A stretch of DNA of 64,000 bases from Emticicia sp. (GTDB taxonomy: Bacteria > Bacteroidota > Bacteroidia > Cytophagales > Spirosomataceae): the NCBI GenBank assembly GCA_031378345.1, contig JANNDY010000034.1, forward strand, positions 107,603 through 171,602, in the 5' to 3' direction. Under the pieces are notes generated by a model. That model searched no databases. It saw only the letters and a program-made list of their open reading frames with translations, and was not told where the DNA came from. Shown here piece after piece: positions 19,793 through 28,200 of this stretch. How positions within the stretch are numbered: the first letter of the stretch is position 1; each line of letters begins with the position of its first letter. The translations under genes were made by a program, and so were the position numbers.

Positions 19793-19830
19793 TAGAATGA
19801 TAGAATGATAGAATGATAGAATGATAGAAT
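19783..19830 (+). repeat. 8-bp tandem repeat gatagaat x6
   Basis: Six perfect units. Overlaps the moeB stop codon (19790-19792). Confidence 0.85.
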
Positions 19831-19867
19831 TACGTCATTTTATTATAATTTTTACATTCAAACATTC

Positions 19868-19887
19868 CGAACGGGCGGCGTTCCGCT
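19868..19887 (+). repeat. GC-rich 20-mer cgaacgggcggcgttccgct, copy 2 (intergenic)
   Basis: Exact copy of 19457-19476, 15 nt upstream of the next gene's ATG. Confidence 0.8.
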
Positions 19888-19901
19888 TCAAAATTATATT
19901 T

Positions 19902-20345
19902 ATGAAATCACAACTATTAGAAGTTATAAAATTGCTCATCGAAAAACGAATGGATACTTCGTGGCAAGCGATGGAGGCAGCCAAAAATTCAGCAAACGAA
20001 GAAGGCAAAAGTTCGGCAGGAGATAAGTACGAAACTGCCCGAGCAATGGGGCAACTCGACCGAGAAATGAATGGCAGAATGTTCGAACAAGCACAACATG
20101 AAAGAGCATTATTAGATAAAATTGACCTCGAAATTATGTTCTCAAAAGTAGCTTTTGGGGCATTAGTAGAAACCACAATGGGTCATTTTTTTGTTGGAAT
20201 TGGCGTAGGAATTGTCGAATTTGAAGGACAAAAAATCATGGCAATTTCGCCACAATCACCTATTGGTCAGGTAATTACAGGAAAATCCGTAGGAGATTCT
20301 TTCGATTTTCGAGGAAAAATGCAGAAGATTATTTCTATAAATTGA
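19902..20345 (+). CDS. GreA/GreB C-terminal-domain-like protein (family often mislabelled as 3-oxoacyl-ACP synthase)
   Basis: Internal ATG MKSQLLEV..; coiled-coil N-terminus with SSAGDKYETARAM; small C-terminal beta domain. Confidence 0.45.
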   Translation: MKSQLLEVIKLLIEKRMDTSWQAMEAAKNSANEEGKSSAGDKYETARAMGQLDREMNGRMFEQAQHERALLDKIDLEIMFSKVAFGALVETTMGHFFVGIGVGIVEFEGQKIMAISPQSPIGQVITGKSVGDSFDFRGKMQKIISIN

Positions 20346-20381
20346 GGTATGAAGTATGAGTTTTTTGCTACATCATACCTC
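20344..20381. terminator. Hairpin between convergent genes
   Basis: gaggtatgaagta / tacatcatacctc, a 13-bp stem with one mismatch. Confidence 0.45.
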
Positions 20382-20398
20382 ATATATTATACATCGTC

Positions 20399-21142
20399 TT
20401 ATCCCAACCACTGAAAAATCTTTGAAATTGGTTTTGCATAAAGCGTGTACCAGCGAGGTTTTATGCCATTCATTTCCCATGCTCGTCGGTCTTCTTTGTT
20501 GGCTCTAATGCGATTTTTTATTGAAGCATTACTATTTCCACCTGTACGCATTTTCATCAAAACAGCAGGAATATAAAATGAAGAAACATTGTGTTTATAC
20601 AACATTCTGAGCATCAATTCGTAGTCGCCTGCACTTTGGTAAGAAGTATCGTACAAACCATAGGTATCGTAGGCAGATTTTTTCAAGAAAAAAGCAGTGT
20701 GCGGAGGCATCCAGCCATTCAAAAAACGCTCACGATTATATTTTCCAGACTTCCAATTTCTAACAATTTTATTGGTATCAACGGCATCAACATAATATAA
20801 ATCACCATAGACCGAGTCGGCTTTTGAGTCTTCAAACGCCTTGGCAACTTTGCTAATCGCTTGATTATCAGGGTAAAAGTCGTCTGACCCCATAATACCG
20901 ACCACATCGCCTGTTGCCATTTTTACACCTTTGCTCATGGCTTCATAAATGCCACTATCTTTCTCCGAAACCCATTTTATTTTATCTCCATAAGATTTCA
21001 AAATCTCGACCGTTCCATCTTTAGAACCGCCATCGGCAACTACATATTCGATGTTTGGATAATCTTGTGAAAGCACACTTTCGATGGTGTCTTTGATGGT
21101 TGCTGCCGAATTATAGGCTGCCGTTACGATAGATATTTTCAT
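20399..21142 (-). CDS. Family 2 glycosyltransferase
   Basis: KISIVTAAYNSAATI..SVLSQDYPNIEYVVADGGSKDGT. Confidence 0.8.
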   Translation of the reverse strand: MKISIVTAAYNSAATIKDTIESVLSQDYPNIEYVVADGGSKDGTVEILKSYGDKIKWVSEKDSGIYEAMSKGVKMATGDVVGIMGSDDFYPDNQAISKVAKAFEDSKADSVYGDLYYVDAVDTNKIVRNWKSGKYNRERFLNGWMPPHTAFFLKKSAYDTYGLYDTSYQSAGDYELMLRMLYKHNVSSFYIPAVLMKMRTGGNSNASIKNRIRANKEDRRAWEMNGIKPRWYTLYAKPISKIFQWLG

Positions 21143-21317
21143 TCTTGAACACTTATACCGATTGAAATCGGCAGCTTAAATAATAATCGGATTATTAAAT
21201 TATGTATCCGAATAAATTCGGTGAGTATATTTACGAAAAGATGATGTTCGTTGATTTTTATGATGTGCAATATTTCATTTTCAAATCAACAAATTTTCAA
21301 ATCGCTACGGCGAACCG

Positions 21318-22586
21318 TCATTTAATTTTCAATGCCTCAAATTTACTAACATCAAGCATAGGAATTGCTGTTTTTAGAGAATTTTTATAATTTTCGTTAA
21401 TCACTTTAATAATTTCATTGGCAATTACTGCCGAGCCTCGTGGCGTTGGATTGATGCCATCTAAGCTAAAAAAACTGCCAGTTAATAGCGATTTACTTAG
21501 TTTTATACCATTTCCTGCATCATAATTGCCGTTTTGTATTTTTGAATAAATGCTATTCAAATCAAGTAAAATGATGCTTCTTTTGTCAGCTTCTAATTTC
21601 AAAACTCCATTAAAATCACTTAGACGAGAAGCAACCGAACTGATTTCATCTTTATCCAAAACCTCAACATTTGTAAGCGGAAATGCCATAGAAGCTCCTT
21701 TTTTCTGTCCAGCAGCATTATTTTTTCCAACATTTGGAATAGCATCTAATAACATTCGGTCATTGGCAGTTGCCAATCTTACAATGCCATTTCCTGTGGT
21801 GATATAAATGCCTGAAACGCCTGAGTTTTTTGCCAATTCATCAAAAGTATAAAAATTAAAGTATGGAAAATCAAGGACATTTGGAAGATTTGTAATAATC
21901 CCTTTAGCTTTATTTGCCACCAAAGCATCTAATAATTTTTGGCAATTGAGAGCAAAAACAGATGTTTCTGTCAAGGGTTTTATGCCGCCAGAAGTAGCAA
22001 AATCAAGCATGTCATTTTCGCCAATACTTGCCGTAAAAAACGATGGATTACTTTCTTTCACAAAATCTGCATAAGTTATTTCTTCTTTTCCAACAGGCAA
22101 AATTCGCTCGAAATAAGGGTTAAAACCTTGAGTTTTAGCATTTCCAAGTCCAGTCTTTCCCATATCTGACATTCGTAAACCTACCACACCAAAATTACTT
22201 GGATTGCCCGCATATTTAGTAAAAAGCAAAGGAGAAATGCTTAAAATGGCTGTTTTGTCAGAAGTTTTATCAAAAACAGCAGAAGTATTCATGGCAGAAG
22301 TTGTAAAAAAACCTGTACCATTTTCTTGACTTATGGGAAAAAGTGCTTGTTCAAATTTTGCTCCTGTCTGTTGAGCAATCAAATTTGGGTATGACGACAA
22401 TTGCCCCTCCCGGTACAAACCGCCATTAGTATAACCAGCTATCATCGAACCGCCAACGGCTACATATTTTGTAAAAATCGCATCGGTAGCAATGGCAGGA
22501 ATTGGTTCGTCAGTTTGTGATTCGCAGCTTGTGAGAAAAACTAAGGCTGACAGAATTATAAGAAAACTTTTTGATGAAAATTTCAT
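21318..22586 (-). CDS. SGNH/GDSL-like hydrolase lipoprotein
   Basis: Lipobox LTSC, VGGSMIAGY block I-like motif, IGENDMLDF block III-like motif. Confidence 0.5.
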   Translation of the reverse strand: MKFSSKSFLIILSALVFLTSCESQTDEPIPAIATDAIFTKYVAVGGSMIAGYTNGGLYREGQLSSYPNLIAQQTGAKFEQALFPISQENGTGFFTTSAMNTSAVFDKTSDKTAILSISPLLFTKYAGNPSNFGVVGLRMSDMGKTGLGNAKTQGFNPYFERILPVGKEEITYADFVKESNPSFFTASIGENDMLDFATSGGIKPLTETSVFALNCQKLLDALVANKAKGIITNLPNVLDFPYFNFYTFDELAKNSGVSGIYITTGNGIVRLATANDRMLLDAIPNVGKNNAAGQKKGASMAFPLTNVEVLDKDEISSVASRLSDFNGVLKLEADKRSIILLDLNSIYSKIQNGNYDAGNGIKLSKSLLTGSFFSLDGINPTPRGSAVIANEIIKVINENYKNSLKTAIPMLDVSKFEALKIK

Positions 22587-22644
22587 AAATAATGGTGTTT
22601 TTACTTACAATGATTCTATTTTATGAAAAAAGGTTGTAATAAGC

Positions 22645-23268
22645 TTAAAATATCAAACTTTGAATGCCGAAAAAGCAAATTTGTAAAATCAACAACCACA
22701 AAGCAATTGGATTATCTTTTCGGAATTTTAGGTTGTGAAACAAAGTCAATAAAAGTGCCGAAGTGATGAACCAACCAACATAATTTTGTAAAGGTGGAAT
22801 TACGTTTTTCCAAGACCACATATCCAAACGAATGGCGATTGGTTCTGCCAAAAAATCAAACATTGTCATTAATAATGCTCCATAAAGCACTTTGAAATAG
22901 AGTGGTTTTGAAACCCTACAAAACGAACTTCCGACGCAATAAACCAATAAAAGCCAATTTACACCAATCACTGGTGGCACGTCTAAAATCTTAAAACCAA
23001 GCGTGGTTTCATATTGATATTCTCCGAAAATCATGCCAGTTTTTACACCGATTACTTCTACAAAAAAACCAATTAAGAAAGTTAAAACACTGAATATCAA
23101 GATGTTAAAATTCCATTCTTTATGAAAATACAATAAAATGCCGCAAGAAACCAACAAATTAAAAGGTGTAAGAAACCTGAAAAACTGAGCTGTTTGAGGA
23201 ATATTTAAGCCAATAATTCCTGCCAAATACATGGCAGTCAGAAGATATAGATAGGGTTTTGGTTTCAC
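22645..23268 (-). CDS. Small polytopic membrane protein, carotenoid-biosynthesis-protein (DUF422)-like
   Basis: 207 aa, 6-7 TM segments, DFLAEPIAIRLDMWSW motif. Family assigned from memory. Confidence 0.4.
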   Translation of the reverse strand: MKPKPYLYLLTAMYLAGIIGLNIPQTAQFFRFLTPFNLLVSCGILLYFHKEWNFNILIFSVLTFLIGFFVEVIGVKTGMIFGEYQYETTLGFKILDVPPVIGVNWLLLVYCVGSSFCRVSKPLYFKVLYGALLMTMFDFLAEPIAIRLDMWSWKNVIPPLQNYVGWFITSALLLTLFHNLKFRKDNPIALWLLILQICFFGIQSLIF

Positions 23269-23390
23269 TTTAGCATTGCTTTTTTGTCAAAATTAGGCAT
23301 ACAGTTGGCTATAAGCAAAAAAGCTGTTTAAACTTTTTATTTCAAACGCAAATGTACTGTACTAAATTCAAGTAAATTAGGAAAAATATT

Positions 23391-23398
23391 TATCTTTG
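23391..23398 (+). promoter_or_regulatory. Bacteroidota -7 promoter box
   Basis: tatctttg, 30 nt upstream of the ATG at 23428. Confidence 0.35.
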
Positions 23399-23427
23399 TC
23401 ATTCAACCTTAATGCTTCTCTATTTCT

Positions 23428-24429
23428 ATGAAAAACTTAATTTTTTTAACAACATTATTGCTCATGAATATCGTTTCTATTGCACAACAAAAAACTATTG
23501 GTCAGATAATTAGACTTGACCCAGCTTTGGATAATTTGATTGAAAAAAATGCCAAAATTGAAGTATTGGGCGAAGGTTTTATTTGGTCGGAAGGTCCAGT
23601 CTGGGTAAAAAATGGAGGCTATCTATTGTTTTCTGATGTGCCTGCCAATACTATTTATAAATGGAAAGAGGGCGAGAAAATCATTGAGTTTTTGAAGCCT
23701 TCGGGCTACACAGGTATTATGCCTTACGGCGAAGAACCTGGTAGTAATGGCTTGATTATCAATAACTTAGGTCTATTGGTTTCGTGCGAGCATGGCGACC
23801 GCCGAGTGGCTGCAATGCCACTTGAACTTGGTGGAAAACGAACCCTTGCTGATAATTTTCAAGGAAAACGTTTCAATAGCCCGAATGATGTTGTACAAAA
23901 ATCTAACGGAGATTATTATTTCACCGACCCGCCTTATGGAATGCCAAAAAAAGAAAAAGACCCAAGCCGTGAAACTGAACTTTTTGGGGTTTATCGCATC
24001 AGTAAAAATGGCACAGTTTCGTTGATTATAAAAGATTTGACTCGTCCAAATGGTTTAGCTTTTTCGCCCGATGAAAAAATACTTTATGTAGCACAATCCG
24101 ACCCCGACCGTGCCTATTTAATGTCATATCCTGTGTTGGCAGATGGGAAGGTTGGCAAAGGAAAAATACTTTTTGATGCAACTCCTATGGTAAAACAAGG
24201 CATGAAAGGCTTGCCCGATGGTTTGAAAATAGACAAAAAAGGAAATATTTTCACAACTGGTCCGGGAGGTGTTTTGGTGATTTCTCCCGAAGGAAAACTT
24301 CTTGGCAGAATCGAAACTGGCGAATCTACAGCCAATTGTGCCTTTGGCAATGATGGCTCAACGCTCTATATCACGGCAGATATGTATTTGCTCCGACTTC
24401 AAACTAAAACAATTGGCTGTGGATTTTGA
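23428..24429 (+). CDS. SMP-30/gluconolactonase/LRE family protein
   Basis: SEGPVW, FSDVPANTIYKW, FNSPNDV, RPNGLAFSPDEKILYV. Confidence 0.8.
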   Translation: MKNLIFLTTLLLMNIVSIAQQKTIGQIIRLDPALDNLIEKNAKIEVLGEGFIWSEGPVWVKNGGYLLFSDVPANTIYKWKEGEKIIEFLKPSGYTGIMPYGEEPGSNGLIINNLGLLVSCEHGDRRVAAMPLELGGKRTLADNFQGKRFNSPNDVVQKSNGDYYFTDPPYGMPKKEKDPSRETELFGVYRISKNGTVSLIIKDLTRPNGLAFSPDEKILYVAQSDPDRAYLMSYPVLADGKVGKGKILFDATPMVKQGMKGLPDGLKIDKKGNIFTTGPGGVLVISPEGKLLGRIETGESTANCAFGNDGSTLYITADMYLLRLQTKTIGCGF

Positions 24430-24882
24430 TTAAATTTTCTCAAAATCAAAAGCCAAAATATCGGGTTCTACGAAGGTAAGTCTTGCTTCACGAGAAAGGA
24501 GTTTTTCACGAGAATAAAAGTGAAATGCCGCATTTTGGTCGCAATATTTGCTTTTCAAAAACTCATTACAAACTATTGTAAAGTCTTGATTATCAACCGA
24601 ATAGCTTTTCAAAAACTCATTCAAAAGCCAAATCCAGAAGACCGTAATAGTTTCGTGATAACCACTCGAATCTGAGTTTATTCCTCCGCTTGCTTCGTTG
24701 TAAATGCGAATACCTTCACGCATTTTTACCAAAGCCTCATCATAGCCAAAATTAGCTACGTGCCAAAGTCCAGTAATTAAATGAGCTTCGTGCGTCCATT
24801 CTTTAGAAGGTAATGTTTTAGCTCGAAAACCCTCAATAATATACTCAAATTCTTGTTGGGCAGAAGCAATGAAATAGCTCAT
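24430..24882 (-). CDS. Hypothetical protein
   Basis: ORF with no recognisable motif. Start placed at the internal ATG (MSYFIASAQ). Confidence 0.3.
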   Translation of the reverse strand: MSYFIASAQQEFEYIIEGFRAKTLPSKEWTHEAHLITGLWHVANFGYDEALVKMREGIRIYNEASGGINSDSSGYHETITVFWIWLLNEFLKSYSVDNQDFTIVCNEFLKSKYCDQNAAFHFYSREKLLSREARLTFVEPDILAFDFEKI

Positions 24883-25010
24883 CAGACAAATATTATTCTG
24901 TTTATTTGGCAAAAAAAGCAATAATATCGAAAAATTCAAAATAATATTCTGTTATTGTTTCAGGGTTTTAATTTTTGTTAATTGATAAAGATAATTGTTC
25001 ACTGATTTCA

Positions 25011-25018
25011 TATCTTTG
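25011..25018 (+). promoter_or_regulatory. Bacteroidota -7 promoter box
   Basis: tatctttg, 23 nt upstream of the ATG at 25041. Confidence 0.35.
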
Positions 25019-25040
25019 TCAAAACTAAACCTAAAAAACA

Positions 25041-25454
25041 ATGGATGTCTTCGACCATACCCTACTCCGACTTATTCAAGTAATCATTTCCCTTTTTGTT
25101 GGTGTGCTTTTCTTGCAATCTGGCTTCGATAAAGTCTTTAATTTTCAAGGAAATAAAGGCTATATCCAAAGTGTTTTTGCCAAAACATTTCTGAAATATT
25201 TCTCTACAATTTTATTCATAATTATTACAATTTTGGAAGTTTTGGCAGGAATTTGTTGCTTTTTTGGAGGAATTTTCTATTTTTTTGGTGGCTACCAAGA
25301 AATTGCAATCTTAGGTTTGATGCTCTCATTTATTTCAATTCTTTGCCTTTTTACAGGGCAACGTATCGCCAAAGATTACGGCGGGGCGGCTTCGTTGGTA
25401 GCTTACTTTTTATTGATAGCTTTCGGACTTTATTTGTTTGCCTTAAAGGGGTAA
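25041..25454 (+). CDS. DoxX-like small membrane protein
   Basis: 137 aa, 4 TM segments, FLQSGFDKV motif. Confidence 0.4.
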   Translation: MDVFDHTLLRLIQVIISLFVGVLFLQSGFDKVFNFQGNKGYIQSVFAKTFLKYFSTILFIIITILEVLAGICCFFGGIFYFFGGYQEIAILGLMLSFISILCLFTGQRIAKDYGGAASLVAYFLLIAFGLYLFALKG

Positions 25455-25529
25455 AATTCTGTCAATAGCCATAATTTCTATAATTGTTTCAAAAAGACTT
25501 ATATTTCGATTGAAATTAAAAATCTTACC

Positions 25530-27455
25530 ATGTCTCAAACACGCCAACTCGCTGCCATCATGTTTACTGATATTGTCAGTTATACTGCCTTGATGGGAAA
25601 AGATGAACAACTTGCCTTTGAATTTTTGGTAAAAAACCGAGCATTACACAAACCAATTATCGAGGAATTTAACGGGCGTTGGATAAAAGAATTGGGCGAT
25701 GGCGCAATGGCAAGTTTCAATACGGTTTCTGATGCGGTCAATGCTGCACTCAAAATTCAGGAAGGTTGCAATTTGACAAAGGATTATCAATTACGCATTG
25801 GTATTCATCAGGGCGAAGTGGTGTTTGAAAATGAAGATATTTTTGGCGATGCCGTCAATATTGCTGCCCGAATTCAAGCGGCGGCAAAGCCAGGTTGTAT
25901 CTATATTTCTGAATCCGTGCATCATAATGTTTCCAATAAAAAAGATATTCAGAGCAGTTTTGTAAAAGAAGAAACCCTCAAAAATGTAAAAGAACCTGTC
26001 AGAATTTATGAAGTAAACACACCTTCGACAATCGAAAATTTATCTTCTGTAATAAAAGAAAAAGCTATCATTCAAGAAGAAAATAGCATTGCTGTTTTGC
26101 CATTTGCCAATATGAGCAGCGACCCTGAGCAGGAGTTTTTCAGCGATGGAATTTCGGAGGAAATTATCAATATGTTGGCACAAGTGCCGAATTTGAAAGT
26201 GGCTGGGCGTACTTCTGCGTTTAGTTTTAAAGGAAAAAATCAAGACCTCCGCAACGTTGGCACGCAACTCAATGTCAATCATATTTTGGAAGGAAGTGTT
26301 AGGAAATCGGGTAATAAACTACGCATTACGGCACAGTTGATTAAGGTTTCTGACGGCTATCATCTGTGGTCGGAGAAATATGACCGAGAGCTGGAAGATA
26401 TTTTTGATATACAAGACGAAATCGCTTTGGCTATTTTGGAGGTTATCAAAATAAAACTATTGGGCGAAGAAAAGAAAGCCGTGCTGAAAAAATACACCGA
26501 CAACCTCGAAGCCTATCAATTATACCTACAAGGGCGGTTTCATTATAATAAATGGGCTTTTGACAAAGCCCTCAAATCTTATCAGGCAGCTATTGAAATA
26601 CAACCAACGTATGCAATTGCTTATTCAGGCATGGCTTCTTGTTATCTCGATATGTGGTATTTTAATTTTTTGCCTCCCAAACAGAGCAATTCTCAAATGA
26701 AGCTATCAGCTCAACATTCCTTAGATTTGGACAATGGAATTGCCGAAAGTCATATTGCTATGGGTCGTGTGAAACTATGGTATGAGTGGGATTTTGATGC
26801 GGCAAAAATTGAATTCAAAAAAGCTATTGAACTAAATGCCAAGATTGACGAGGCTTATGAACAGTATGCCTATTTGCTCAGTTTTATGAATAATTATGAC
26901 GAATCAATCAAGTTTGCCTCAATAGCTTATACACTCGACCCATTTTCAATAACCAATAATTTTTGTATGGGATTTATTAATTGGATGGCAGGAAATTATG
27001 AAAAAGCAGTAGAGCAAGGCAAAAGATTGATTGAATTTGAACCTCATTTTTTTGGTGGTTATGTACTACTTGGATACGTGTATTTGAAATTGAAAAGATA
27101 TAAAGAAGCTCTTGCAGCATACGATTTAGCTGTAAATCTAAATTATAGTGCTTATACTTTATATGGATTAGGGGCAGTGTATGGTTTTTTGGGAGAAAAA
27201 GATAAGGCTAAAGACGTGCTTGAAAAAATGGAAAATTTGAAAAACACGCAACAAGTAGGTAATTATAAAATAGCTTTCATCTATGCAAGTTTGGGGGAGT
27301 TTGATAAGGCATTTCATTTTTTTGAACAAGCAATAGAAAATCATGAGGGACAGGCGTTGTTGTTTAAATGGAATATTCTCGATTTTAATAATGGTTTAGC
27401 CGAAGACCCCCGCACCGAGCAAATATTGAAGCGGCTTGGCTTGGCGATGGGGTAG
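25530..27455 (+). CDS. Class III adenylate/guanylate cyclase domain fused to a TolB-N-like module and TPR repeats
   Basis: AAIMFTDIVSYTALM..KELGDGAMASF..IGIHQGEVV..GDAVNIAARI; IAVLPFANMSSDPEQEFFSDGISEEII; TPR-like C-terminal half. Confidence 0.8.
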   Translation: MSQTRQLAAIMFTDIVSYTALMGKDEQLAFEFLVKNRALHKPIIEEFNGRWIKELGDGAMASFNTVSDAVNAALKIQEGCNLTKDYQLRIGIHQGEVVFENEDIFGDAVNIAARIQAAAKPGCIYISESVHHNVSNKKDIQSSFVKEETLKNVKEPVRIYEVNTPSTIENLSSVIKEKAIIQEENSIAVLPFANMSSDPEQEFFSDGISEEIINMLAQVPNLKVAGRTSAFSFKGKNQDLRNVGTQLNVNHILEGSVRKSGNKLRITAQLIKVSDGYHLWSEKYDRELEDIFDIQDEIALAILEVIKIKLLGEEKKAVLKKYTDNLEAYQLYLQGRFHYNKWAFDKALKSYQAAIEIQPTYAIAYSGMASCYLDMWYFNFLPPKQSNSQMKLSAQHSLDLDNGIAESHIAMGRVKLWYEWDFDAAKIEFKKAIELNAKIDEAYEQYAYLLSFMNNYDESIKFASIAYTLDPFSITNNFCMGFINWMAGNYEKAVEQGKRLIEFEPHFFGGYVLLGYVYLKLKRYKEALAAYDLAVNLNYSAYTLYGLGAVYGFLGEKDKAKDVLEKMENLKNTQQVGNYKIAFIYASLGEFDKAFHFFEQAIENHEGQALLFKWNILDFNNGLAEDPRTEQILKRLGLAMG

Positions 27456-27456
27456 A

Positions 27457-27477
27457 GACGTTGCATCGCAACGTCTG
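27457..27477. repeat. REP hairpin agacgttgc-atc-gcaacgtct
   Basis: 9-bp perfect stem with a 3-nt loop, 2 nt after the cyclase stop. The right half plus spacer is duplicated (27469-27505 vs 27514-27550). Confidence 0.8.
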
Positions 27478-27577
27478 ATTGCGTAGAAACAGGTTATTTC
27501 AAAATTTTGCACCGCAACGTCTGATTGCATAGAAACAGGTTATTTTCAAACGATTGTTTTTTCATTTTTGCTATCAT

Positions 27578-27598
27578 AGACGTTGCAGTGCAACGTCT
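27578..27598. repeat. REP hairpin agacgttgc-agt-gcaacgtct
   Basis: Same 9-bp stem, 9 nt downstream of the RAYT stop. Confidence 0.8.
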
Positions 27599-27606
27599 CT
27601 ACACAA

Positions 27607-28191
27607 TCATAAATTTTCAGGAAATTCATCACCAAAAAATTTATCATCTTTCCAATTTTTAGGATTATTGAAAATGTAATTGCTAATACGTTCAAACGAT
27701 TCGTCGGTTTCGATGATATTGTCCCAAAACCTTGCTTGCCAATCGAATGATAATTCTGGAAATGCTGCGTGAATATGTTTGGAACAAACTGATTTATAGG
27801 AACGAATAATCGTAGAGACCGAACCAGATTTTGGTGATATTTTTTGGAAAAATTCGTTTTTGTTGGGTTCGTTTCCTTTTTCGCCTTCATAGACGTTGCG
27901 GTGCAACGTCTCTACCTGATTTGACGATAAAATTAATACCCCATGAATATGATTTGGCATTACAATAAATTCACCTAATTCTACATGAGGGGAATATTTC
28001 GGTATTTCATACCAAAAGCCTTGTATAATTGCCCCTACGGTAGATAATGTCATTTTTTCATCAACACATTCGCCAAAGAAATGTGTTCGATTTTTCGTGC
28101 AAATTGTAATAAAATATGCACCATCTTTGGCGTAATTCCAATTCGGATAACGAGCAGAAGGAATGCGATATTTATCTTTATATTTGTCCAT
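27607..28191 (-). CDS. REP-associated tyrosine transposase (RAYT, IS200/IS605 TnpA-like HUH enzyme)
   Basis: HUH motif MPNHIHGVL, catalytic-Tyr region TIIRSYKS, and adjacent cognate palindromic REPs. Confidence 0.75.
   Translation of the reverse strand: MDKYKDKYRIPSARYPNWNYAKDGAYFITICTKNRTHFFGECVDEKMTLSTVGAIIQGFWYEIPKYSPHVELGEFIVMPNHIHGVLILSSNQVETLHRNVYEGEKGNEPNKNEFFQKISPKSGSVSTIIRSYKSVCSKHIHAAFPELSFDWQARFWDNIIETDESFERISNYIFNNPKNWKDDKFFGDEFPENL
27891..27911. repeat. REP hairpin agacgttgc-ggt-gcaacgtct located inside the RAYT ORF
   Basis: Same stem. Read in frame on the minus strand as ..VETLHRNVY.. between the HUH motif and the Tyr motif. Confidence 0.8.
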
Positions 28192-28200
28192 TTCAAAACA

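Noticed and set aside
27546-27890. 114-aa minus-strand ORF overlapping the 3' half of the RAYT gene
   Set aside because: It is out of frame with the HUH/Tyr transposase, which has the recognisable motifs. Its C-terminus (..VETLHCNVY..) is just a translated REP hairpin.
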